A stretch of DNA of 64,000 nucleotides from Octopus vulgaris. Its lineage: Eukaryota. The translations under genes were made by a program, and so were the position numbers. Shown here one piece after another: positions 39,438 through 52,639 of this stretch; positions within the stretch are counted from its first letter, which is position 1, and each line of letters begins with the position of its first letter. The stretch covers positions 3,286,001-3,350,000 of the forward strand of contig OX597829.1 in assembly GCA_951406725.2 (NCBI GenBank), in the 5' to 3' direction. The notes under the pieces are model-generated. The model searched no databases. It was not told the origin of the DNA and was given only the letters and a program-made list of their open reading frames with translations.

Positions 39438-40707
39438 TAGGAAGATGGTTTTTGTATGTGGCAGATGCTCAGGAACAATAAACACTGAAAATGCTCTGAG
39501 ACCAACTTCTGTCACTTTCCAGGGAGAAAAACTAGAAATAGTTGATAGCTTCCGTTACCTAGGTGACCAAGTCAGCAGCGGGGGCGGGTGTGCTGAAAGT
39601 GTAACTGCTAGAGTAAGAATAGCTTGGGCAAAGTTCAGAGAGCTCTTTCCTCTGCTGGTGACAAAAGCCTCTCACTCAGAGTAAAAGGCAGACTGTATGA
39701 TGCTTGTGTACTAACAGCCATGCTACATGGCAGTGAAACATGGGCCGTGACTGCTGAGGACATGCGTAAGCTCACAAAAAATGAAGCCAGTATGCTCCGA
39801 TGGATGTGTAATGTCAGTATTCATACTCAACAGAGTGTAAGTACCTTGAGAGAAAAGCTGGACCTAAGAAGCATCAGATGTGGTGTGCAAGAGAGATGTT
39901 TGCGCTGGTATGGTCATGTGGTGAGAATGGATGAAGATAGTTGTGTGAAAAAGTCCCACAACCTAGTGGTTGAGGGAACCTGTGGAAGAGGCAGACCCAG
40001 GAAAACCTGGGACGAGGTGGTGAAGCACGACCTTCAAACTTTAGGTCTCACTGAGGAAATGACTAGAGACCGAGACCTCTGGAAGTGTGCTGTGCGCGAG
40101 AAGACCCGGCAGGACAAGTGAGTCCACAACCCGTGGCCTTCTACATGGGATGGAGCCAGCCTACGTATGCATACCTTCCCTTCTTGGGACACAAAACTCT
40201 ACTTGTGAAGACCTGTTGAGGCAAGTGAGAATCAGAATCGAAATCGATCAATGGAAATTGCAGCTGAGTTACCAGTGCCGGTGGCACGTAAGAGAACCAT
40301 CCGAACGTGGCCGTTGCCAGCTCCGCCCCGACTGGCCTCGTGCCGGTGGCACATAAAAAGCACCATCCATTCATGGCTGTTGCCAGCACCGCCCCGACTG
40401 GCCTCGTGCCGGTGGCACGTAAAAAGCACCATCTATTTGTGGCCGTTGCCAGCCACGCCTGGCCCCCGTGCCGGTGGCACATAAAAAGCACCATCCGATC
40501 GTGGCCGTTTGCCAGACTCGTTTGGCACGTAAAAAGCACCCACTACACTCATGGAGTGGTTGGCGTTAGGAAGGGCATCCAGCCGTAGAAACATTGCCAG
40601 ATCAAACTGGCCTGGTGCAGCCTTCTGGCTTCCCAGACCCCAGTTGAACCGTCCAACCCATGCTAGCATGGAAAGCGGACGCTAAACGATGATGATGATG
40701 ATGATGA
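39438..40707 (+). pseudogene. 5'-truncated RTE LINE 3' end
   Basis: FRYLG, LHGSETW, LRWYGHV, RGRPRKTW, repeated 3' UTR, (GAT)n tail. Confidence 0.92.
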
Positions 40708-41336
40708 TTTGAGATACTCATCCTGCTTTAGCTTTGTTGTTCTTTTTCCTCTAATATATATATGTATATACATACATATATGTGTGTGTGTGTGTGTAGT
40801 ATATCGTTCCATGAAGGTAAGATCAACAAAAGAGTACTCCATCTGGTGAGAGATAAACATTGTTTAAAATAATATATATTTTTATGAGTTACCAATAGTT
40901 TCATGCAATGAAAACAACATGGACAGCATTTTATGACACATCTGATGATTTCATGCAATCTCCAGGTTGTGCCCACATGGCATATACAAGCTAAAACAGG
41001 GAAATAGAATAAGTGAAAATATGAAAAAGGGCAAGAAGAAGGTAGATGTAAAAGTTGGGAAGGTGAAATTACTGGAAAACAAAAAGAAAAGGCAAAAAAG
41101 GAAAAAGTAAAATGATAAAAGGAGTGAATTAGAATTATGTCCCTTTTGACCATAAAGTCATAATAAGGCTAATCAGATATGGGTCTAGAGTGGTAGAGTC
41201 ACTCAATCCAGAAAGGGTGGTATTTTCTAGTTTGTCAACAGGAAATTACATCTGCTGAAAATTTCAGATCTGTAATTCAGCAGTGTGGTGGAGTTCTTAG
41301 ATCTGAAAAGGATCTGCAATCTTTCAGCTATGTATG

Positions 41337-41373
<37 letters not shown>

Positions 41374-41780
41374 TCATCATCATCATCATCGTTTAACGTC
41401 CGCTTTCCATGCTAGCATGATATGTATATATGTATATATGTGTAAATATATATATATGTATAATATATGTGTGTATATATATAGAGAGAGAGGGGGGAGA
41501 GAGAAAGAGGAAACAGAGAAATTGATAGATAAATAGATATAAATCTGAAGAGGATCCTGCTATCTCCACCGGAAAGTGTTGTAGTTCACACCGCCCTTCT
41601 CTTTATGTGTTAAAATCTGAGTAGGTAAGATTGTCCTTAGTTTAGTAGGTAAACACTTCCCCTGTACAAATAGGTTCAGCAAAATATTTAATAGGCACGC
41701 CTTGAGAATATCCTATAGCTGTGCACCCAATGTAAAAAAGCTTTTTAGTAGGTAGGCCCACACTTGAGATAGAGGTAGGA

Positions 41781-42214
41781 TGCTCATGTAAGGACAACAC
41801 AATTTGTCCACTGAATAGCCACTGTAACACAAAGATTATCATATACAAGGCAGAGGTAATGAAAGTATAACTAAATGGTTAACCAAATGTGCAAAAGTAC
41901 ATGGGAGCAACTGAAGGTCCCCTTTAGAACTCACTATAACATCCTTCAACATCTCAGAGAGACATAATGCCACAACCCTGGTCAAGCATGTATGGTCAAT
42001 GAAAGAATGCACCACCAAGTACAGCATAAAGTCGAAGATTCTAGAGAAATGTAAAGTGTACTTCAATAGCAGTTATAAGCGCAGATTATGCCTGGCTGAG
42101 AAAAGAGCGGTTTTAAAGTGTACCCAGCACCCAGACATTTACCTCAATAGCAGAAGTGAGATTTTTAATCCTTGCCCACACGAAAGGAAGAATAACCTAT
42201 TGGCCCTCCACTAA
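41781..42214 (+). pseudogene. Penelope-like element GIY-YIG endonuclease remnant (Naiad-like)
   Basis: CSCKDNTICPLNSHC..IIYKAEV...KYMGATEG...ATTLVKHVWSMKE...LCLAEK...LNSRSEIFNPCPH, with stops and frameshifts. Confidence 0.8.
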
Positions 42215-42681
42215 TACCTGAGAATCAGGCAAAGAGTTTGACCAGAACATACACTAACACACCCACAAACAAAGACGCACCCCAGCATGATGAACACCTA
42301 CCCAGTAGACTTTTTCTCCACCCCCAGTATAAGATTCCACACATATTGTACCCCGTGAATGCCCCATGGATTTAACAAATACATAAAAGAAAGAAAACAC
42401 TAACAAACATGGATGTGTATTCCCTCCACCCCCACAAAGCTGATATGTATAGTACCACTACACACATTCCTTTTCCATGAGAACACCAGCCTTAAAGACA
42501 CATTTTCCACAAACTCTTGCTGTCTTGCAACAAAACCACCCCAGAGATGATGTTTTGGTACCAATTCAAAGATGATGAAACTATTCAATTCGTTTCATCA
42601 TCTTTTTCACAAGAACCACAAACCGGATGTGTCTATTTACTCCCAACAATAGAGAGCAGTCGCCATATTTAATTTCACAAA

Positions 42682-42770
42682 GGCTACCTCTGATGAGCGT
42701 AGGGTTACAAATTGGACCGTTACCTAACAATGTTGAACCCCTAATGCGAAACCAATTGGTAAGATTGGTT
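42682..42770 (+). ncRNA. Hammerhead ribozyme motif downstream of the PLE remnant
   Basis: CTGATGA, long stem II (GCGTAGGGTT/AACCCCTAATGC), GAA-ACCAATTGGT-A with palindromic stem III; stem I imperfect. Confidence 0.7.
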
Positions 42771-45144
42771 GTAATGGATATATAATTCTGTACACTTCAA
42801 TTAAAATATAAATATATATACATACATATCATCATCATCATTAGCATCATTTTTATGATCATTTAATGTCTCTGATCCATGTCAGCATGGGTTTGAGTGT
42901 TTGATAGGATCAAATAGGTCCAAAACTTTTCAAATGCCCTTCACATTATAGCACATAGTTGGTGCTTTTTTCATGCCAGTAGCACCAATGAGGGATCTTT
43001 TCTCTTTTACGTTCAATTTTCAACTCAATTTTGTTCCATCTTATTTCAAATTTGGTGTATTGATGTAGTTTTGTATGCCAATTATTGAAATGAAATTAAT
43101 GTTTGCAATAAATTAATAAAATAAACATTAAATAGCTTTTAAAGTTTTCAAATTTTGGGTAATTTTAGCCAATCTAAAGCTTAGAAATATAGGTGCCTGT
43201 TTCCATAGTAACAAGCCAAGCTGTCCTGTAGCATGCTTATTCCTGTCTAAATCACATGTGTTATGTTTTTGCTGGAAAATATGTTTTAAACTCTTTTTTT
43301 TTAGTCCATTTTCATATTTAAATGCTTATTACATGCTTAAAACAATAAAATATGTGTTGTTTACTCTTTTTTTTTTGGTTATTTTTCACATTAAATGCTT
43401 TCCTTCTAAACACACTTTAACCTCCCATCACTCGGCACAAATCACCTCCCTCCATATTAATCTCCCCTCAGTCAATGGGGATCTTGTTTGCAAGTTACTT
43501 GTTGACCTCTTTACTGATGGTGTGATGTTATGTGATTGGCATAAAGAAGGGCATCCAACCATAGAAACTATGCTAAAGCAGACAATTGAACTTAGCACAA
43601 TCTTCTGACTTACCTGCTCTATTCAAACTGTCAAGCCCATACCAGCATGAAAGACAGATGCTTAATTATGATGATGATGATGATGATATATATATATATA
43701 TATAGTACAAAGTAAGATAGGGGTTATGGGTGTAATCATATACAGCTGTAAGAAGTAATTTTAGGATTTCATTTATTTATAATATGACTTTTAAAATCTG
43801 TATTTGTATTATTATCTTCTCTATTGATTTATATAATATTTTTTATATGCTTTTGATGTTCTCGTTTGTAAAATGAATAAATAATCCAACATTCTAATAT
43901 CCGTAAGTTGATGAACAAACTAAATTTGTTTCTCCATTTTCTTATTTGTATTATATATATATAAGAATACACACACACACATGCATGCACGTGTGTGTGT
44001 ATAAGAATGGGTTATAAAATGCTTGTGTATGGTAGAGATAGTCACCATGTGATGCCCAGAGAAATCTCAAACTTAAACTCCAACACTTTCATCAGGGTTA
44101 GGTACTCTATAGGTAGAAAGTCATATAGGAAAATTATCATCATTGAGCAGGTATGACAGAACAAACAGATCTATCTAAATCTGTGGTAGTTGAAACTTTT
44201 CCTTTGTTTTTATGTACACCTGCAATATTGACTCAGTATTGAACTCCCTTGCATAATATGAATGGTTATGTCAACCAGGTATTGATTATCTGAAACAGCT
44301 GTAACAATAAGATTTAATTGCAAACTCTATATGCAGTTTTTCAAGTAAATATATTCCTTACACCTGTTTTTGTTTGTCTGTCTCTCTAATTTATGTGTAA
44401 GAATTGTTATGTAGTTTAAAAATCCACTTTACACTACATGGTTCTGGAGGCTCCAATCAAGACAGGAGACCCGAAATGATAAGGTTGAGAAACGCTGTTA
44501 TAGATTATGCCTAACCGAAAACGATCACACTGACATCATCCAAACAGACTGGGTGAAACCAGGATTAACAGTTAATCTTCTATAAACTCAGGCCAGCCAG
44601 AGCCTTCTAAGTATAATTGGTAGAGGGAAACTGAAAGAAGTCTTGTATGTACATGTGTTTGTGTCTTGTTGTCTGACATAAGATGCTAAACATAAACACA
44701 CCTTACAAAGGATCATTCACTTGCAATCTTCTGTGGAAACACACGTAAATCATGTCCAACTATTATGCCATTTTCTTTCCAAAGGATTGTGTGAAATATT
44801 AGTTTGTTTGGAAATGGATGAGATTTAGGCATCTAGTCACAGAAGATCTACCCTACAAATTTTGACTGATCAACAGAATCATGGTAAAGTGGGCATTAAT
44901 TATGATGACAATATTATAAAGTAATTGTATTACTAAACCAAAAATTGGATAATCTAGGATTAACCTCAAGAGAATATTTGTACTAAATCTCTTTTATTCA
45001 TTTCCTCACTTTCAGCCTTGTGTTAATGGAATGTAATTTGAAGTGGTTTGTATATATATGTGTGTATATATATATATATAAGCAAAATAGCTAGTTGGAA
45101 AGTTTCAAGAAGAGATCAGAGTAGTAACTATACTAAAAAGTAAG

Positions 45145-45518
45145 GCCATTCGCCACATCAAAGTGGCTGTTCAATGTTACTACTAGTTTAACCCCAGGCA
45201 AATTCTCTGCCAGCTGGTTATCAGTGCAAATCTGCAACCTTTATATACAAACCCCTATCACCCTAACAGCCACTTTGATGTGGTGACTGACTTTACTTTT
45301 TTGAGTTCGTGACTGAGGATGAGCGAAATAGCTTAAAACTGAGTCAGTCTTGCGATTCTGTTACCTATTAAGGGGTGGAAGGGTTTTGCACCTCCTGCCA
45401 ACAATATTTATTGTATATAAAGGGTGCAGAGTCACACTAAAAGCCAGTTGGTGGAGAATCTGTCTGGGGTTAAACTAGAAGTAACATGAAACAGTCACTT
45501 TGATGTGGCAACTGACTT
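45145..45518. repeat. Foldback element (about 100-bp arms) with central degenerate hammerhead-like motif
   Basis: gccacatcaaagtggctgtt...ctttatatacaa is mirrored at 45410-45510; CTGAGGA-TGAGC..GCTT-AAAACTGAGTC at 45313-45345. Confidence 0.7.
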
Positions 45519-45544
45519 TATATATATATATATATATACATATA

Positions 45545-45592
<48 letters not shown>

Positions 45593-46019
45593 TATACATA
45601 TCATCATCATCGTATATATATATATATACACATATATATACATATCATCATCATCGTCGCTTTCCATGCTGGCATGAGTTGGACGGTGCAACTGGGGTCT
45701 GGGAAGCCAGAAGGCTGCACCAGGCCCAGTCTGATCTGGCAATGTTTCTACAGCTGGATGCCCTTCCTAACGCCAACCACTCCATGAGTGTAGTGGGTGC
45801 TTTTTACGTGCCACCAGCACGGAGGCCAGGCGAGGCTGGCAACGGCCACGATCGGATGGTGCTTTTTATGTTCCACCGGCACGAAAGCCAGTCAGGGCGG
45901 CACTGGCAACGACCACGTTTGGATGGTTCTCTTATGTGCCACCAGCACTGAATCACAGCGACAATTTCCATTCATGTTGATCGATTTTGATTTTTGATTT
46001 TGTCATTTTTTGATTTTTG

Positions 46020-46435
<416 letters not shown>

Positions 46436-46491
46436 GGATCGCCATCCACCATACCTTTTTCTATTTTCTCTCCCTGATCATTTCTGTGTTC

Positions 46492-46527
46492 CTTTCTGTC
46501 GAAGAGCATACGCTCGAAACATAAAAG
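46492..46527 (+). ncRNA. Minimal hammerhead-like motif, variant core CTGTCGA
   Basis: CTTT-CTGTCGA-A-GAGC-ATAC-GCTC-GAA-ACAT-A-AAAG. Confidence 0.55.
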
Positions 46528-46785
46528 ACTTCCTCACCTCCCAAGCATTAAACTAATACATCTGTTTGTTGTTTACACATCTGTCTTTGTCTTTTGTTTT
46601 TTTGTAAATTCTCACTAAATATATATATACATATATATATTGGTAAAAACGGTAAGATAACAAAAGAAAGAAAGAGACCTCAATATTATGTAAATTGAGG
46701 AAATTATATATATATATGTGTGTGTGTGTACCGTTGGCGATTTTTTCCCTCCATCTTCCTTTCTTTGGATCTTCCCTTTTCCTAT

Positions 46786-46820
46786 GTTTCTGACGAAGAG
46801 CTCCGCTCGAAACGTTAAAC
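46786..46820 (+). ncRNA. Minimal type I hammerhead motif, intact core
   Basis: GTTT-CTGACGA-A-GAGC-TCC-GCTC-GAA-ACGT-T-AAAC. Confidence 0.75.
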
Positions 46821-47697
46821 CCTCCTTCTTTCCTTAGCGTCCAATAACACTATACTTGTTCCACATCCTTGTGTTGTTGTGTTTTCATGTTTATATTAAC
46901 TTTATATATATATATATATGTATTTATATATATATATGTTTATGTATTTATATATATATATATATAATCTCTCTCTCTCTCTCTATGCATTTATATATAA
47001 AGTATCATCATCCATTGTTGTTTTTATCCCCTTTCCATGTTAGTATATGTCAGATGGACTGTCGCAGTTGGTGTTATGTAGATTGATTAGAGGACTACAT
47101 TTCAGTCATGCTTCACCTTTGATTTTATTTTTACACCTGAATGTCTTTTGTAACACCAAAACTGGTCTAGTGTGTACTGCTGTTTTTTTTTGTGGAACTA
47201 ACACAAGAGAAGCTTCACGTCCTTCTGGGTAAACTAAGAAGTTAGTTGATGAGAGGGAAATAAAAAGATGGTAGGTCCTGTACCTATGTATGGTACAAAT
47301 GATGGTGGTGGTGAGAGGTGAAATGGCTACAGGGAAGTGATTGATGAGGAGATGAGAAATGAAGAAAATGTGGAGCAGGCAGCAATTGCAAACTTAACAG
47401 TACATATATCACAGTCTGCATCATTACCACTATTTTTGTGACTTTTAATCCATCATTGCTGGTCAGGTTTTCTATTGTTGGGTCTTCTCCAGGATTACCA
47501 TGTATCAACATGTCAACATGTTCTCTTATTTCCTACTTAAGATAAATTTTTTAAGGTTTATCCTCTTCTCTAACTTCTATTCACTTTGAGTACACAACAT
47601 TTCTTTTTACAGCTGGAGCAATGACTGCTGCTACAGTATACTGTTAAAAAGGAAAGGGAGATGTTCTGATGGGAGGTATAAAAATAGGATCACATGC

Positions 47698-48915
47698 TGT
47701 CGTATTGTGTAGGAAATACAATCGCACGCGGTCCCATTCTTAATGAGTTATTACAGACCATATAATACATACAGCGGCGATACACACGTGGGATGACAAC
47801 ATGATTTCTTTTTGAGATATATACATTATTTATTTTATATATTTTACAATCATGTTGGTTGGAAGTTTGTAAGTGTTAGCATGTTTTTGTGTCTGTGTGT
47901 TCGTGAGGCATAAAAGGTACTGACCAGAGAAATAACAATGGAATTTGGTTCACAGTTCATGTTGTTGGTATCAGCCTAGCAACAGGTAGTAGCAGATGGC
48001 TTAAGGTAGTTCTTAGAAGAACTAGAACTCAAGACAGATAATTGATTTACCGTTTATGAGGTACACGGAGGGTAAGAGTTCCATATCAAGATGTTGCGTC
48101 TCGTAGTTGAGATTAATTGAGTCACTTGTTGTGTTTATCTTTCTCTTGATATGAATATACTTCCAGATGTGTTAACTGTAGCCGTTTTTCCCGTGGTGAT
48201 ATTTTTACCTAACCGCTATAGTTGAATCTGTAGTTGTCTTGTGTACAAATTAAACCTTAGTAGATAGAGACGATGTTTGGCGATGAGTTGTGTCTGTCGC
48301 TTTCTTTTTTGCTGTGTCTTCATTATATATTCTGCTTGGTTATTTTTCTCTAGTTATAGATATCCTGTAACCGTTCTTTTCGTGGTGATATTTTCACACT
48401 AACAGTATGAGAGGAATCTGTAACATCTTGTATTAATGGTGGTCGCCTGCCTTTCAAACTGGAACATGGTCGAGTATGCTCTGTGTGGTCAGAAGTTCGC
48501 CCTGAGAAGGACTTGAACCAAAGATGAACTCTGTGGTCAGAGGTTTAGCTCTGAAAAGAACTAAAAACCTAAGACAAGCTCTGTGTGGTCAGAGGTTCGC
48601 CCTGAGAAGGACTTGAACCAAAGACGAGCTCTGTGGTCAGTGGTTAGTTCTGAAAAGAACTAAAAACCTAAGACGAGCTCTGTGGTCAGAGGTTAGTCCT
48701 GAAAAGAACTAAAAACCTAAGACGGATATTTGTCTGAGAACACTTCTTTTATAAGGTTTATGTGGCTCAAAACTAACTTCAGAAATGGAAAGCTGTGATT
48801 GGCTGCTTGGAACAATGGCGCAAAAATAAGCGGAGGCAAATCGCGTCACATGACAACCAGCGGTGCGAACGTAGTAGAGACCACATGTCAGCCAATCGAA
48901 TTAGTGTTTACAACA
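47698..48915 (-). mobile_element. Solo-LTR-like element
   Basis: Termini TGTCGTA...TACAACA with flanks ATGC/ATGT (alternative left end 47963, TGTTG with perfect ATGT TSD); minus-strand CCAAT, TATAAAA (48753-48747) and AATAAA (about 47830). Confidence 0.7.
48478..48724 (-). repeat. Five ~50-bp hairpin-forming tandem repeats (A-B-A-B-B)
   Basis: Units start at 48478, 48528, 48578, 48628 and 48677; each reads ctctgtggtcag-stem-loop-aagac on the plus strand. Confidence 0.9.
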
Positions 48916-49129
48916 ATGTTAAACTAGCCGAAGATGTTTGTAATCTCGAACGAGATTATTCTTAATACTCTTCTCAAACAGTGAAGATAGCAATGAGTGT
49001 AACGATATTGCTACAGAGGTAACTACAAGAGAAGCATGAAAGTATTTGGTCAGTTACCGAAAGTTACAGTTATTGATTAAGAACAGGATTACTCTGGATA
49101 TGATGCAGTTGTGCTTTGTCCCAACAGAT

Positions 49130-50396
49130 ACCCCTGATGCTATATTCTTTGCGTGACTATTGCAAGGGATTAGGAGTAAACTCCTATACCCACCTTTCGT
49201 TGAATTTGGAGAAGGCTTGACAGGATCCCTTGTATAATGGTTTGGAAGTTACAAGAAAACTAAGAACAGATGACAGGCTTTTGAAGGCTGTACAAACTGT
49301 GTATGAAAGGGCAGTGAGCAATGTGAAAACTGGCAAAGAGTTCAGTGATGGATTAAGTGTGCAGGTGGAAGTATATCTGGCTCAGTTCTATTTGTTAACC
49401 CCTCCAAGCCATAGCAGAAATTTAAGAATGGTTAACTGTGGCAACTTCTATACATTGATGACTTAGCTCTTATAGCAGCATCTGTAGAAGAACTGAAGCT
49501 GAAATATCAGGCAAGGAAGCAAAACCTGGAATTGAAAAGCCTTAAAGTAAACTTCATCATCATCGTTTAACGTCCGTTTTCCATGCTAGCATGGGTTGGA
49601 TGGTTCGACCGGGGTCTGGGGAGCCAGGAGGCTGCACCAGGCTCCAGTCTGATCTGGCAGTGTTTCTACAGCTGGATGCTCTTCCTAATGCCAACCACTC
49701 TGTGAGTGTAGTGGGTACTTTTTTATGTGCCAGGCAAGGCTGGCAATGGCCATGATCAGTTGGTGCTTTTTATGTGCCACCAGCACAGAAGCCATTCAAG
49801 GTAGCACTGGCATCGGCCACATTCGGATGGTGCTTTTTACGTGCCACCGACACAGGTATCACAACTACAATTTCCATTTGATTTTTTGATGTTGATGTAC
49901 TTGATTAGTATCAAAGTTTTAGTAAGTAGGCAGGAAGGCATGACCATTATAGCACCAGGGACATGACAATGCTTCATCTGGACAAAAGGAATAACTTGAA
50001 ATTAAATGTTTATTGTAAACAATGGACACATAACAGATGTACTGGGATCACAGGTAAGAATCAAAAAGCAAATTTCAAATGCATCAGGTGCACTGGGACA
50101 GTAAGCACTAAGGGTGCTCACAAAAAATGGAGCCCCAGAAGTAGATAACGGCTTTTGCTATGTATGTGAGTAAAAAATAAAGGATCTATAATGACTAGAA
50201 AGAAATGAGGCTCTTCTGGCTGCACCAAGCAAGAATGCATGAACAATGAGAAATAATTGAAATGAGTGTTATGGTAAAAGAGGAGTGAGATGAAACATGA
50301 AAATGGAAGATTATGATTGTATGTGCACGTGATGTGGATGGAGGATGACAGCTGTTTAAGGAAGTGCCTGGTGATGAAAGTGAATGATAGCTATAG

Positions 50397-50451
<55 letters not shown>

Positions 50452-50535
50452 ACTTTGGATGAGACGTTGAAAAATGATCTCAGGATGTTAAATATGATGG
50501 AGATTATGACAAAGGACTATGTCAACTGGTGATAT
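49130..50535 (+). pseudogene. Very old RTE LINE 3' half interrupted by a younger RTE-tail copy (49555-49905)
   Basis: DAIFF, LLKAVQTVYE, YIDDLALI, CKQWTHNRC..FKCIRC remnants. Confidence 0.75.
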
Positions 50536-52639
50536 ACAATGGTGCAGATCTGACTTTACACACATGCTTGGTGAAATATATGTTGAAACAGTGGGTAGTG
50601 CACAGCCCCATGTTATATTGTGTACACATCTCCCCCTATCTATTGTCGATTTTTATAACCTCCCATCCATTAAATGTCTACTCTCCTTCCTGCTAATCTC
50701 ATTCTCTAGCCTCTCATTTCATCTCTTATACATACATGTCCAACATACACACATACGTGTTTGTGTGTGTGTACAAGAATAATAGCTATGAACAATGAAC
50801 TGAAAAAAGGACTTCTTTACAAGCGAAGTATTTCGTCTGATATTTTAAATCATGCTGTCAATAAAAGTATATACTTGTGAGTGCGCGCGGGTGCGTGTGT
50901 GTTTATTTAGGAAGTTGAATAATTGTGTTAAACATTGTTTTACTGGTGTCTTTCAGTATTGGAACAGAATAGATTCTGGTATAGGAAACAAATGCAAATG
51001 TAAAGTGTTTTGAAAGAGTTGGAAGTTTAGGTATGAATTTGTCAAACGCTTGGAAAATATGTACCGACAACTATAAACGTAATGTTTCGCTTCGTATGTC
51101 CCTGACGCGCACTGTGCTTTGTGAAGAAGACATTATCCCTGCCCGTAGATTCGATGATGACAGAATTACAGTATCTGACTTGATATCTTTTAATGCTGTC
51201 ATGTGTTCTCGTGCGAGAGAATAAAAATGATACAAGAGAGAGAGGAAAATATCGCAGGAAAAGAAAATAAGTGACAGAACACCATTTGTATCGTTAGTTA
51301 ATAAATAATTTAAGATATTGTTTTAATTACGGTAATCCTCCTAGCAAGATAAGAAAAAAATAAGTCACAGAAAAAGTTGCATTACTCGTATCGATTTGTC
51401 ATTGCGTAACAAGTCATGTTTTGTTAGTTAATAATATTTAATTACTTTAATTAGTATTTAGAAATGAACTGAGATTTTCCCAAGCCATTGTCCTTACTTT
51501 CTATTCACCATAATTGACAGGTTATTGAACTGATAGCTGAGTTATTTTCCCAAAACAGCACAAGATTTCTTTCCACTAGAACACTTCATAAGCACTAATT
51601 AGTTTCGGTTTCCTCCACAGCCTATATACACGTTTCTTTTTTCGGCTACCAAATTCCAGTTTTTACATTTTAAAAGCACGAGACCTGATTGAATATTGTC
51701 TTGTTCTATTTATTCAGAGCTTTTGTAGCGAAGCAAGTTTTCAATATTCAGAATCAATTTACCTTTGTGATATTAAATTTCATCTTTTAAAAATTTTCCG
51801 TATAGCTTTTTAAAGAAACTGTTAGAAAGCGTTTTTTTTTTGTACCGGTAAACATTTAAAAAAATTAACAAATGACTTCCTAAAAGAAATGTTAAAATAG
51901 GTGAATGTAAAAATTCGCGTAAATAGGGAAGTTAAAAAGCGAAACTATTAGGTGAAAAACGAAACTAGACACAGCGCGCTTTTTCTGTAAGAGTACAGCT
52001 AATACTAATTTTAAAATGTATCAATCTTTAAAATCTAAAATATCAAAAATTAGTAAATGCCTTGATGTATCTAGTTATGACCCTTTACGTTCTCACTTTA
52101 AATCCAACTTAGCTTTGCTATTTATCGTTCCGGGCTTCTTAAATGAAATTCCAGTCAAGTATTTGAATGATTTTCATTCCTATAATGCATCCTAAAAACG
52201 ACATTATATATATATATATATATAAAAAAAGAAAGATTATGTGATTATCCAGATGTTTCATAGCGTAATGAAATAGTTTCGACAACCAGGAAGCTGAAAT
52301 AGATTCCGAGGTACTTAGGTACATTTTATTATACACGCTGTAGCAACAGTTTTAATTAGCTAAAAATAATGATTTGAACTGATTGTTGTTGATAAATGGC
52401 AGCTGAGACCATAGCAACAGAATGAATAAAATTAATAAAGAAAAACAAATAAATATTAACAAGAAATAGCTGTTTACTTTCCACGTAATTACTATCTGAT
52501 TAATAAATTTCATTTTTAATATCACGCAAAAAGGAAAGTATTATACGACATTAAAATTAAATTAGAGAATATTTCTCTACAAATTTAGTAACTTTTAGTT
52601 TCGTACAAAATAATCCATTCTTCTCTCCTTCCTTCCTCC

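Noticed and set aside
48478-48724. CRISPR-like array
   Set aside because: The apparent spacers are themselves repeated and self-complementary; eukaryotic context with no cas genes.
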